A DNA stretch of 64,000 bases from Phycisphaerae bacterium (lineage in GTDB: Bacteria > Planctomycetota > Phycisphaerae > UBA1845). The notes under the pieces were generated by a model, which saw nothing but the letters and a program-made list of their open reading frames with translations, was not told the origin of the DNA and ran no database searches. Below are positions 8,557 through 18,070 of the stretch, piece by piece. How positions within the stretch are numbered: the stretch's first letter is position 1; every line of letters starts with the position of its first letter. The DNA lies in assembly GCA_963666835.2 (NCBI GenBank), contig CAXXGO010000003.1, positions 448,001 through 512,000 of the forward strand, written 5' to 3'. A program made the position numbers and the translations under genes.

Positions 8557-10968
8557 ATGTTGCGAAATGTGAAAACGACAATCTTGTTAGTCGCGACGCT
8601 TCTAGTCGCCGGATGTGCGAATTCCGACTACATGGGGCCGCGCTATCCGAAGTTCCGGCAGAATCAGCCAAGAGCCCGCGCCGACATCCGGCCCGCGATG
8701 GAACCGAGAATCCTACCGGAAACCTACATGGCGGCGGCGAAGCTGTTCGAACAGCAAGGGAACTACGAACAGGCCATCAAGCAGTATCGCATGGCCGTCG
8801 CGGTGAACCACGACTATGCGGCAGCCTACCACCGCCTCGGTGTACTGCTGAGCGGGGTGGGGCATTACATCGAGTCCGTCGAGGCCCTCGATCGCGCAGC
8901 CGCCCTCCGCCCGGACAACCCCGTCGTGCAGAACAACCTCGCGTTTGTTCTGATGCTCCAGGGTAAGTGGGCCAAGGCGGAACAGCACTTGCGAGCGGCT
9001 ATTGATACTCAGCCGTGGTTTGTTCGCGCCCAGATCAACCTGGGCATGACCCTTGCTCAGTTGGGACGCCGCGACGAAGCTCTGGACACGTTTCGCAAGG
9101 TCCTGCCGGAAACCGACGCATACTACAACTTCGGTTTGATGCTCCGCTCCACGCAGAACTATGACGAGGCCGCGGAAGCGTTCCGCCACGCTCTCAGCCT
9201 GAACCCCGAGTTCTCCGCGGCCGCCAGACAACTCGATCAGATCGCCCATCATCTTACCCCCGCCGAACCGAAAGAGACCGAAGAGCCGGCGGAACCGGAT
9301 GACTTTGCTCGGGAGAAGATGGCCGAAGTGCAGGAACCGTCCGAGCAGACCGTCGCACCGGAAACAGTCGCGGTAGCTCCGCCAACCACGGTCCAACGAC
9401 AGAAGGCAGAACCGACAGCGTCCGCTCAGAAGGAGCAGCCTACTCCCGAGGCTCCAGCTAAAACTGTCGTCGCCACTACTGTCGGCGAAGACCGCTCTTT
9501 CGAGGATCGCCGACCTGCCGATTCTGCACGCAAGACAGAAGTGGCGACGAAAGCCCCGAAACCGGTTCAGCCTCAGAAGAACACCGCTCCCGCAATACCC
9601 ACAACTGCCGCGGGCACGCCCGCGACCTTGGACACGGCCGGTGACTCGGCTGTCGTAAACACAATGATCGACGCGGTCTACCCGGGCCTGATTCGCGAGA
9701 CAGATGACCCCGAAATGGTCTCTCTTTCCCCGCCGACTCCCCAAACCGAAGAGACGCCGGCCGGTAGAGCCGAACCGGATGAGCCGCGCCTAATCGCCGA
9801 GCAGGTGGCTGAACCCGAGAAGGACCCCTGCGAAATCGATACTGTGGTTGTGTTGGGCGAGCCCTACTACGACCCCCCTGCCGTTGAGCCGAAGCAACAG
9901 GATTCCCAAGTGACCACAGCGGTTACACCAACGAAGCCCGCGCGGACTGCGCCTCCGCCTTCCGAGCCCGTAGCGGAGAGCACGCCGGGCTTCAAACCGC
10001 GAGCCGTCGAGACGCCCCGCCCGTCGGAAGACGAGGAGCAACCCTGCGAGATCGATACCGTGGTCGTCTTGGGTGAGCCCTATTACGAGAAGCCGGCCGT
10101 AGCCGTCAAACAACCTGCCAAGGCCGAAGCCCCCGTGCAGCCCAATGGCAACGAGGACGTTATGGACCGCTACGACTGCGAGACGGTCATAGATACGCTG
10201 GCCTTGCTGATTGCCGGGTTCCCGGGCGACATCTATCTCTGGGACAATCTCGATTGGGATCTGGCGGATGCCGTCGAGGCAACACAAACTCCGAATGCCG
10301 CCACGATCACTCTTGTTCATGAGACCTGGGAAGAACCGATTGACGCCAAAGCGTCCCCGGCGACGACCAGCCCGGTCCACGTCACCAAAGCGACTCCGAA
10401 CACGCGGCAGGATAAGTACCGCGCGCTCGATCATCAGCTCACCCTGGTTCGCGAGGAGATTCGCTGCTGGGACGAGACCATCGCAGAAGAGCACCCGGAT
10501 CTCGTATTGGTCGAAGCCATCGAACCGACTCCGGTTTCGCGACCATTGCCTCCGTTCGACGTGAATGCCGAAATGACGCCGCCATTCCCCCCTATCGATA
10601 TGTTTCCCTACCTCGCGGCAACGCGGCGTTTTCCGCTCATTCTGGATCCGGCGCAGCTTACGTTCGACATGACCGAGCAGCTCGACTCTCCGGCCGTCGC
10701 GAAGACGACACCTGAGAAAACCGAGAAACCTACGACCAAGCCCCCTCAACAGCCTGAGCAAGCCCCCGTTCTGGTGCGTGAGCTTCTGCCCGAACCTGCA
10801 GAGAAGGAGGAGGGCAAGACGGAAAAGGAGACCACAAAGAAGCTCCGGAAGCCGACCGCCCAAAACGGCGCCGCGGATTGGCGGGCCATGTTCGGCGAGC
10901 TTGCCGATCAACTCTCCATCGCAGAGAACGAAGTCCGCTGCGTACTGGCAACCGGCATCGAACTCTAG
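8557..10968 (+). CDS. TPR-repeat lipoprotein with a long Pro/Glu/Thr-rich C-terminal region
   Basis: Lipobox LVAGC; about 5 TPR units (e.g. AYYNFGLMLRSTQNYDEAAEAFRHALSLNP); low-complexity tail with internal repeats. Confidence 0.85.
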   Translation: MLRNVKTTILLVATLLVAGCANSDYMGPRYPKFRQNQPRARADIRPAMEPRILPETYMAAAKLFEQQGNYEQAIKQYRMAVAVNHDYAAAYHRLGVLLSGVGHYIESVEALDRAAALRPDNPVVQNNLAFVLMLQGKWAKAEQHLRAAIDTQPWFVRAQINLGMTLAQLGRRDEALDTFRKVLPETDAYYNFGLMLRSTQNYDEAAEAFRHALSLNPEFSAAARQLDQIAHHLTPAEPKETEEPAEPDDFAREKMAEVQEPSEQTVAPETVAVAPPTTVQRQKAEPTASAQKEQPTPEAPAKTVVATTVGEDRSFEDRRPADSARKTEVATKAPKPVQPQKNTAPAIPTTAAGTPATLDTAGDSAVVNTMIDAVYPGLIRETDDPEMVSLSPPTPQTEETPAGRAEPDEPRLIAEQVAEPEKDPCEIDTVVVLGEPYYDPPAVEPKQQDSQVTTAVTPTKPARTAPPPSEPVAESTPGFKPRAVETPRPSEDEEQPCEIDTVVVLGEPYYEKPAVAVKQPAKAEAPVQPNGNEDVMDRYDCETVIDTLALLIAGFPGDIYLWDNLDWDLADAVEATQTPNAATITLVHETWEEPIDAKASPATTSPVHVTKATPNTRQDKYRALDHQLTLVREEIRCWDETIAEEHPDLVLVEAIEPTPVSRPLPPFDVNAEMTPPFPPIDMFPYLAATRRFPLILDPAQLTFDMTEQLDSPAVAKTTPEKTEKPTTKPPQQPEQAPVLVRELLPEPAEKEEGKTEKETTKKLRKPTAQNGAADWRAMFGELADQLSIAENEVRCVLATGIEL

Positions 10969-11150
10969 CTCGTCTCAGCAGACCCCGGCGAATTGCACTC
11001 GCCACGTCATATTGCCAGCAAGAATGGCCAATAGTGGCACCAAGTGCATCATTTCCAGCCACACAGTTGCAGAGGGATACGAAACTCGCTATATTACCGG
11101 GCGGTTAATCGCTCAGGTGACGGCGCGGGCACGGGCCCACCGAATCCGCG

Positions 11151-11170
11151 TGTAGGCTAGGCAGCCTACA
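11151..11170. repeat. Perfect 8-bp hairpin (REP-like or terminator)
   Basis: TGTAGGCT-AGGC-AGCCTACA in the intergenic region. Confidence 0.4.
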
Positions 11171-11392
11171 AGGCGGAGGCGGAGGAGCCGAAGGGCGATC
11201 ATAAGAGAACGGGCACTTCGCCACGAGTGTAGGGGTAGGATCGGGACGAACACCGGGCGGCCAGTGCTATTATCGTGTCATGGCGGGACGCGGTTGAGGG
11301 GCGAGTGCGGTTGGCGCCGCGTGTGCTCCAGCAGGCTGCGGGTCGCAAACATTTTCGGGTTCTAATGTAGAATGTTAGGGAGGGTGTCGCTG

Positions 11393-13018
11393 ATGTTTCA
11401 ACGTCACGGATTCGTGGTGCGAGTAGCGTTTGTAGGTCTAATCGCAACCGCTATGGCGGTTGTGCTGAGTTCACCGGTTCTTGCGGAACCGGTGTCGCCT
11501 TGGGGAAGCGACTTGGCTTTGGACCCGGCACGCCCGCCGGGCGAACCGCCGGTGCTTCCCGGTGATATCGCCGGTCTTCAGGCGGGAGCCGATCAGATCG
11601 TCGACCAGCAGTGCCCGGACGGAGGATGGGGCTGGCCTCACGACACCTGCACCACCACCTACCACAACATCACGGGGCCGATCGCGCTGGGTCTGCTTGA
11701 CGCATACCCCCTTACCGGCGACGCCGCCCATTTGGCCTCTGCGGTAGCCGGAGGAGACTTCGATCTTCTGAGCGAATACCCCACCGGCAATCCGCGATTC
11801 GGTAGTTTCACCGCGTATTTCATGTGGAGGCTGTCGGAGGCCTCGGGCGATTCGACCTACAGCGATTTCGCGGCTACCGAGTTCTTTGACGCCCTCGACG
11901 CCGGAACGTATGGTCCGGACGGTGATTGGACCACGGCCGATTTCGTGACCGCAGTTCAGGCAGCCCGCGCGGGCGCCTGGATCAATCTGTTGCCGTGGGA
12001 ATTCAGCACATTAACGTTCACGGCCACCCAGATCGGCAATGCCGGACAAGACGCAGTGTTTCAGGATGCAATCCTGGACGGTCTTGACACGCTCGATAGC
12101 ACGGACCCCGGCAGCGTATACGCCGACCTGCTCGGCCTGGCCGGTGGTATCCGCGGGCTGGCTTTGATTGGAGTAACAACCTTCGACCCGATTAATGCCC
12201 CCAATTGCGCGGCGATTGACGGGATCGATAACCTCGGCGACCTCGCGGACGTGCTCGTCAGTTTTCAGAACGTCGACGGGTCATGGAACTGGCACTCCGC
12301 TGTGCCCGCACCGACGGAGGGTGACAAGGACACCCAGAACTCCGCCTATGCGGTCATGGCCCTGGCTGCGGCCGACCCGCTGCTGGCGGCTGACTACTCG
12401 GCGGCCATCGTAAACGGTCGCACCTGGCTGTGGAGCATGCAGCTCCCGTCGGGCGGTTTCCTCAGCTATCCGGGCGGCGACGAGAACACCGAGGTCGAAG
12501 GCGAGGCCTTGTCAGCACTGGCCGCGCCGATGGGCGCCTGCTGTGCCGTCGCCGGCTCCTGCTCGGTGATCGAAGAGGCCGAGTGTACCGTTGCGGGCGG
12601 AAGTTATCTGGGTGACGGCACCGCGTGCGAAGGCGACGCCGACAGTGACGGCGTAGACGGGGAATGCGGTGACGAATGCCCGGACGATCCGGGAAAGACC
12701 GAGCCGGGCATCTGCGGCTGCGGAACGCCCGACACAGACACCGACGATGATGGTGTCCCGGACTGCCAGGACGGCTGCCCGCTTGACGAGAACAAGATCG
12801 AGCCGGGAATCTGCGGATGTGGCGTGAGTGACTCCGCCGACGATGACGGCGACGGGGTACCCGACTGTATCGACCTTTGCCCGGGAGCGGATGACGCCCT
12901 TTTCGGTCCGGACTGCGTTTCGGCCATCCCGACCGTCTCGACGTGGGGGCTGGTCGTCCTGGCATTGATCGTCCTTACGGGAGCCAAGATCGCGTTCAGC
13001 CGGCGCCGCACGGCATAA
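11393..13018 (+). CDS. IPTL-CTERM surface protein with prenyltransferase/squalene-cyclase-like alpha-alpha toroid repeats and TSP3-like Ca-binding repeats
   Basis: GGAGG RBS before ATG 11393; signal peptide; QxxDGGW-type repeats (QQCPDGGWGW, FQNVDGSWNW, MQLPSGGF); DxDxDGVPDCxDxCP repeats; AIPTVSTWG + TM + RRR. Confidence 0.85.
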   Translation: MFQRHGFVVRVAFVGLIATAMAVVLSSPVLAEPVSPWGSDLALDPARPPGEPPVLPGDIAGLQAGADQIVDQQCPDGGWGWPHDTCTTTYHNITGPIALGLLDAYPLTGDAAHLASAVAGGDFDLLSEYPTGNPRFGSFTAYFMWRLSEASGDSTYSDFAATEFFDALDAGTYGPDGDWTTADFVTAVQAARAGAWINLLPWEFSTLTFTATQIGNAGQDAVFQDAILDGLDTLDSTDPGSVYADLLGLAGGIRGLALIGVTTFDPINAPNCAAIDGIDNLGDLADVLVSFQNVDGSWNWHSAVPAPTEGDKDTQNSAYAVMALAAADPLLAADYSAAIVNGRTWLWSMQLPSGGFLSYPGGDENTEVEGEALSALAAPMGACCAVAGSCSVIEEAECTVAGGSYLGDGTACEGDADSDGVDGECGDECPDDPGKTEPGICGCGTPDTDTDDDGVPDCQDGCPLDENKIEPGICGCGVSDSADDDGDGVPDCIDLCPGADDALFGPDCVSAIPTVSTWGLVVLALIVLTGAKIAFSRRRTA

Positions 13019-13289
13019 CCGAGTTGTTTGAGCAAGGAACGCGGGTTAGCTCTTATCGTGCAGCCCGCATTCCAGCAGATTGCCCGGCGGAGGAGCTGGT
13101 GCCGCGAGACGTAGATTCGCAAGGCAATAGCGCTTGGCCGGGCCCACATACTGAAGAAAACGCGAATGGCGAGTGAGCTGCCCAACAGGCCTCATTCGCC
13201 ATTCGCCTTTCTACGGTCCCGCCGCCGCGTCAGCCAACGCCTGCCGCAAAAGAAGCCGGCCGGGCAGTTCGTATGGTCGTACGGCACAC

Positions 13290-14417
13290 TCACCGTCGCC
13301 GGCTCCTCAGCAGAACGAGAAACACCGGAACGCCGATCAAGGCGGTAACCACGCCGATGGGCAGCGTCGCGCTGCCCAGGTGCCGCCCGGTTAACGAACC
13401 GGCAAGGCGCATCGTCAGTTGGGACGCCCAATCGCAGATAATCAGAAACGCCCCGCCCGCGATTGCCGACGCCGGAAGCAGGATCCGGCAATCCGGCCCT
13501 ACCAGCAGCGCTAGAGCATGTGGCACGACCAACCCGACGAAGCCGATCGGACCGCAATGGGCTACGACCGCCGCCGTCGCCAACGTCGCAACGAGCACAC
13601 AGACTCCCTGCAGCCGCGTGACATCGACCCCGCGCGCGGCCGCCAGCTCATCCCCAAGCCGGTACTGGTTTAGAGAACGGCTCGCCCCCACCAAGACTAT
13701 CCAGGCCGGCATAACAAACGGGAGAATCACTGCTCCGGAAACCCGCGTGATGGAATCGAGAGACCCCATCATCCATCGAACTGCGGTAAACGTAACCCGC
13801 TCGTCAGATACCGCCGTAACGAACATCATCATCGCCGAACAGAACAGACCGATCGTCACTCCGGCCAGCAGCAGCTCGTTCGAAGTAAGCCGGCGCGAGC
13901 CTCGGGCGATCAAAAACACCGCCCCCACTACGATGACCGCTCCGCCAAACGCGCAGAGCGCCGGCGAGGAGATTCCCAACACCGCAACCGTCCAACCAAG
14001 CCGGATGGCAATCAGAGCGCCGAGTGACCCGCCGCTGGCAATGCCGAGCGTATAGGGCGTCGCAAGGGAGTTCCGAAACAAAACCTGAAACGTCGCCCCG
14101 CAAAGAGCGAGCGTGATACCAACCTGCAAAGCCAGCAGACTCCGCGGGAACCGCTGATCGAAGATGTGCCGGGCTGTTGCTGCGAAACCGGCGGCTTCCT
14201 CCTCGGATACGGTGCCGTCCCCATCGATGTCGGCAAACGCCCGTCCCTGCAGCTCACTTGGCGCGATCTCCATCCCCATTCGCGCCCGCCAGACATCCGC
14301 CCAACCGAACGTGCCCGACTCCGTTCCGATCCCGGGGCTGATGATAAGCAAGGTCAGCACGCCGGCGGTGCCCGCGGCTAGTTGCAGCACATATTTTCTT
14401 CGCGTAAGGCCGGTCAT
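13290..14417 (-). CDS. Iron-chelate/cobalamin ABC transporter permease (FecCD/BtuC family)
   Basis: RFPR, FRNSLATPYTLGIASG, GPIGFVGLVVPH, LPIGVVTALIG; ATG overlaps the ATPase stop (ATGA). Confidence 0.93.
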   Translation of the reverse strand: MTGLTRRKYVLQLAAGTAGVLTLLIISPGIGTESGTFGWADVWRARMGMEIAPSELQGRAFADIDGDGTVSEEEAAGFAATARHIFDQRFPRSLLALQVGITLALCGATFQVLFRNSLATPYTLGIASGGSLGALIAIRLGWTVAVLGISSPALCAFGGAVIVVGAVFLIARGSRRLTSNELLLAGVTIGLFCSAMMMFVTAVSDERVTFTAVRWMMGSLDSITRVSGAVILPFVMPAWIVLVGASRSLNQYRLGDELAAARGVDVTRLQGVCVLVATLATAAVVAHCGPIGFVGLVVPHALALLVGPDCRILLPASAIAGGAFLIICDWASQLTMRLAGSLTGRHLGSATLPIGVVTALIGVPVFLVLLRSRRR

Positions 14418-15208
14418 CCGTTCCCCGCCGCCTCCCCCGCCGGGACGATCCACCACCGTGGGGAATCCCCTGCCATCCTAATCGCCGAAAGGTCTACGCC
14501 GTATACCGGCTGGAGGATTTCCGGAGTCAGAACCTCGGCCGGCGGCCCGCTCGCTATCTGAACGCCATCGTTGAGCACCAGCACATCCGAGCAGAATTGT
14601 GCCGCCAGGTTGACATCGTGCGTCACGACCACCACCGCAAGCCCCTCCCGCACCGCACGATCCCGCAAGATACCAAAGATGTCCAATTGATGCCTAAGGT
14701 CCAGCGATGCGGTAGGCTCATCCAGCAGGAGAAGCTCAGGTTCCTGAGCCAGCGCCGCCGCCAGATGAACGCGCTGGGCCTCGCCGCCGGAAAGTGTCGC
14801 CATCCTTCGTTCCGCAAACGGCAGCGTGGCCGTCCGCTGCATAGCACCCTCCACAATCTCAAGGTCCTCGGCGTTCTCGAATAGGCCAAACGGCCGGTGC
14901 GGAAACCGCCCGAGCAGAACCACCTCTCGAACAGAGAGGTCGATATCGCCGGACACCTGCTGGGGCACGAGAGCGACCCTCCGAGCCCGTTCGCGCGCGG
15001 GGATATCCGCAACCGCAGCCCCGCCGAGGGTAATCACGCCTTGCGTCGGCTTAGTCAACCCGGCCATCAAGCGTAACAGAGTGCTCTTACCCGCGCCGTT
15101 AGGCCCGACGATGGCCCAGTGTTGACCGCCGCCGATCGACAGCGAGACCGGCCCCAGAAACTCCGGTCGGTTCGGAAAGCCGAATTGCACATCTTCGAGG
15201 ACGAGCAT
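14414..15208 (-). CDS. Iron-chelate/cobalamin ABC transporter ATP-binding protein
   Basis: GPNGAGKST, LSGGE, LLLDEPT, THD. Confidence 0.95.
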   Translation of the reverse strand: MLVLEDVQFGFPNRPEFLGPVSLSIGGGQHWAIVGPNGAGKSTLLRLMAGLTKPTQGVITLGGAAVADIPARERARRVALVPQQVSGDIDLSVREVVLLGRFPHRPFGLFENAEDLEIVEGAMQRTATLPFAERRMATLSGGEAQRVHLAAALAQEPELLLLDEPTASLDLRHQLDIFGILRDRAVREGLAVVVVTHDVNLAAQFCSDVLVLNDGVQIASGPPAEVLTPEILQPVYGVDLSAIRMAGDSPRWWIVPAGEAAGNG

Positions 15209-15218
15209 GGACTTGGCC

Positions 15219-16163
15219 TTAAGGCTCAATCTCGTCCTCCGAATGGAGCAGTCGGGAAAGTCTCTCGATGATCTCCACATAACGCGGAGAGGGGATCAGG
15301 CAATTGTCTTCCGTGAGGAAGTACACGCGGTCGTTGTCCAGGGCGGGCACCCCCTGGAGCTGCCTCCATTGCTCGAGCATCTCCTGACGAATTGCCGGAG
15401 TAAGCTCCACCTCGGGCATAAGCTCCACGATGACCTCCGGCCTGCGGGCCACGATCCCCTCCGCACTCACCTGGGGGTACGGCATGTCCACGTGGCCAAA
15501 GACGTTTCGCCCGCCCGCAATCTCCAACATCTCGTGCAGGAACGTCCCCTTGCCGGTGGTCAAGACGTTCGCCAGACGGCCCGGGCGCCGCGCCACGGTA
15601 AGAAGGACCCCCGGACGTTGCCGACCCGTGACCCGATCGCGAATGGCCTGCAGGCGGCGGCGCAGATCCATCCGCAGACTCCGAGCTTCGTCAGCGCAGC
15701 CGAGGTAGCGGCCTAATTCGGTTATTCCGGTCTCCACGTCAGCCAGGGTCTCCGTCCTATCGAAGTAGATCGGAATATCCAGCCTGTCACAGAGTGACTC
15801 CACTGAGTCACTCCGCCCGCGCAGCACCAGAAGATCAGGACGCAGGGCGACGATCCTCTCAAGATCAGGATCGAACAGCCCCCCCACGCGCGGCCGCTCG
15901 ATAAGCTCGGGCGGATACACGCAGAACTTGCTCACCCCCACTATCCGATCAGCAACCCCTAGCGCACAGAGAACCTCCGCCGAGTTCGGGGCAATTGTGA
16001 CAATCCGTTGCGGCCCGCGAGGTGCGGAAGTTGCCTCGACGGGTGCCTTGGAGGGATCCGGCGAATTCGCGCTTGCGGCAAGGCCCAACACCCCGGCCAG
16101 GCCGACCGCCAGCAACATCAGCCGGTAGAACCGCCGCCTTGTCAGATAGCTTTGCGCGAACAT
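15219..16163 (-). CDS. Periplasmic binding protein, BtuF/iron-chelate type (helical backbone)
   Basis: RIVTIAPNSAEVLCALG, VGVSKFCVYP, PDLERIVALRPDL; N-terminal export signal. Confidence 0.9.
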   Translation of the reverse strand: MFAQSYLTRRRFYRLMLLAVGLAGVLGLAASANSPDPSKAPVEATSAPRGPQRIVTIAPNSAEVLCALGVADRIVGVSKFCVYPPELIERPRVGGLFDPDLERIVALRPDLLVLRGRSDSVESLCDRLDIPIYFDRTETLADVETGITELGRYLGCADEARSLRMDLRRRLQAIRDRVTGRQRPGVLLTVARRPGRLANVLTTGKGTFLHEMLEIAGGRNVFGHVDMPYPQVSAEGIVARRPEVIVELMPEVELTPAIRQEMLEQWRQLQGVPALDNDRVYFLTEDNCLIPSPRYVEIIERLSRLLHSEDEIEP

Positions 16164-16248
16164 GCGACCATCGTAGGCCCGCAGCGCCGGCCTGCAAGAA
16201 AAATCCGCGCCCCGGATCGAACATCAGCCAAATCAAGCGAGAATCGAA

Positions 16249-18012
16249 TCAGACTTTGGGGACGAGACAGGCATCCTGCACACTGTGGCCACAGATGCTC
16301 GCTACGCTAACAGTGGCGCGAGGTCGCTCCGCCTTCCCGGGCGACCAACAGAACAACCGATCGCGAAGCTCATTCGTAGCGACGATCAGATCAGGGGCAA
16401 CCTCGACTCGACGCAAAGTCTGACCGCCCGCCTCATAACGACAGGCGAAGCTGTCGCCTATCACACAGGCATGGACGTGCAAAGACGTGTCCGTGAAGAC
16501 CAAACGCCGCACACCCTGCGTCGCCAGCAACCAAACCGACTCGGCCGCCCGTTGTGACCCGCGGTGCAAACGCTCCGGACTCGAGTCTTGCCCTGGTCTC
16601 CAGCGTAGGACATCCCCCGCGCTGTTGCCCGCAAACACGCCATCCGAAGTGGCACAGACCGCGGAAATCGCGCCCTCGCTGCCAGTGTAAACGCTCGCGG
16701 GACGATGCGACCGGTCGTCAGCCGGCCAGCGGATTACTCGATCGTCGATCGCACAATACAAATCGCCGGCTAGTAAGGTAATCCCCCGGACGGTCTGCGC
16801 ATCGCGGGTCATTGACTCAAAACACCGCCGGACGTTCTCTACGTCACCGATATCCCACTCACATATACCCAGCTCGGAGTGAGAGCCAAACACCCGCCCG
16901 CCAACTGCTACCACCGAGTTGAACCCGTATCGAACCACAGGGGCTTCCGCAACGGGCAGAACCAGGTCCGGTGCCGACGCTTCCAACGGCAGCCGGTAGA
17001 CGCCGGTGGCGGCGCCCAGCAACAACGCCTGTTCGCCGTTTTCCGCCTGCGCTAACTGCACCGACCGTACCGCCCCCACGGCCCCAGCAATCGGTATCGT
17101 CATTCGCGGAGCTTCCAAGCTATCCGCAGCGAAGAAGAGCAATTCGCCTCCTGCGCTCACGACGATCCACTGAGTGCGGTCCGTTGGCACGTCGGAGGCG
17201 AATAAAGCCTCATACAACTCGCCGCGCTGGTGTTCGGAGAACGTGCGGAGCAACTCCGGCATATCCGCATCCGGCGAGTCCGCGGACATTGCTTTTAGAC
17301 GCTCCAACATCGACGCCAGATGGTCGAGATGGTCGCCCTGAGCCCGTTCAAGGGCACGCTGGACCCCGCGGGCGGCCACGTGTTCGGCTTGGCTGCGCAC
17401 CGCCCGCTGCTGAGTATCACGAATCTGACGAAGCGTGTCCGACGAAACCAGCACGGTGGGCTTGCCCTGCAAAGTCAATCCGGCGGCGAAACACGCGCCA
17501 TCAAGAGCCGCAACGAGGGCATCGGCCACCCTCTCGCCGGCACTGCCCTCCACAAGTTCCGCGGCCTCGTGCTCGGCGGTTGACCGCAGTACGCTATCGC
17601 GAACTGCAGATGCGAGAGCCGTTAAAAGGGACTCGGTCCGCACAGTGCGTCTGCTGCCGAGGATCTTCTCGCTGAACGATCGCAATTCACCGACTTCCGG
17701 AACGGGCGCCACACTCAACCGAACATCCGCCCGACATCGATATCGATCACTCGTGAGGGCATCTTCCACCCTCAAGGCCACCTCGACCGGAGAGACCCGC
17801 ACAAAGAGCAGATCGTCCGCGTCACCCGCCTCGACCACCGCCCCGGGCGGGGCCACTACGTGGTCGCGAGTCGTTCGAGTTACAAGCGCCGCCCAACCGT
17901 GTGGCAGGTCCAATGACCGAGTCAGCAAGCCGAAAACATCCGCAGCCGGAGCAATAGCGGCGAGGTTGCCGTCGTCAGCAAAGAACTTTTTGAGATTGAA
18001 CTTCCCAGCCAT
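16249..18012 (-). CDS. Putative SPFH/band-7-like domain + coiled coil + beta-propeller protein
   Basis: N-half follows the SPFH pattern (LPHGWAALV..PPG..LLFV..LTSD..GLTL), then a helical segment; C-half has repeated 4-strand WD40-like units (AISAVCATSDGVFAGNSAGDVLRW); start ATG 18012. Confidence 0.65.
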   Translation of the reverse strand: MAGKFNLKKFFADDGNLAAIAPAADVFGLLTRSLDLPHGWAALVTRTTRDHVVAPPGAVVEAGDADDLLFVRVSPVEVALRVEDALTSDRYRCRADVRLSVAPVPEVGELRSFSEKILGSRRTVRTESLLTALASAVRDSVLRSTAEHEAAELVEGSAGERVADALVAALDGACFAAGLTLQGKPTVLVSSDTLRQIRDTQQRAVRSQAEHVAARGVQRALERAQGDHLDHLASMLERLKAMSADSPDADMPELLRTFSEHQRGELYEALFASDVPTDRTQWIVVSAGGELLFFAADSLEAPRMTIPIAGAVGAVRSVQLAQAENGEQALLLGAATGVYRLPLEASAPDLVLPVAEAPVVRYGFNSVVAVGGRVFGSHSELGICEWDIGDVENVRRCFESMTRDAQTVRGITLLAGDLYCAIDDRVIRWPADDRSHRPASVYTGSEGAISAVCATSDGVFAGNSAGDVLRWRPGQDSSPERLHRGSQRAAESVWLLATQGVRRLVFTDTSLHVHACVIGDSFACRYEAGGQTLRRVEVAPDLIVATNELRDRLFCWSPGKAERPRATVSVASICGHSVQDACLVPKV

Positions 18013-18070
18013 GATTCCGTCACTCAATGATCGCTTCGCAGTCTCAGCAAGCGCTGTAGCCGCCGCACCC

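Noticed and set aside
16164..16248. Cobalamin riboswitch upstream of the Btu-like transporter, or transporter as part of the ESCRT-like system
   Set aside because: The gap is only 85 nt with no B12-box seen; adjacency alone does not support a functional link
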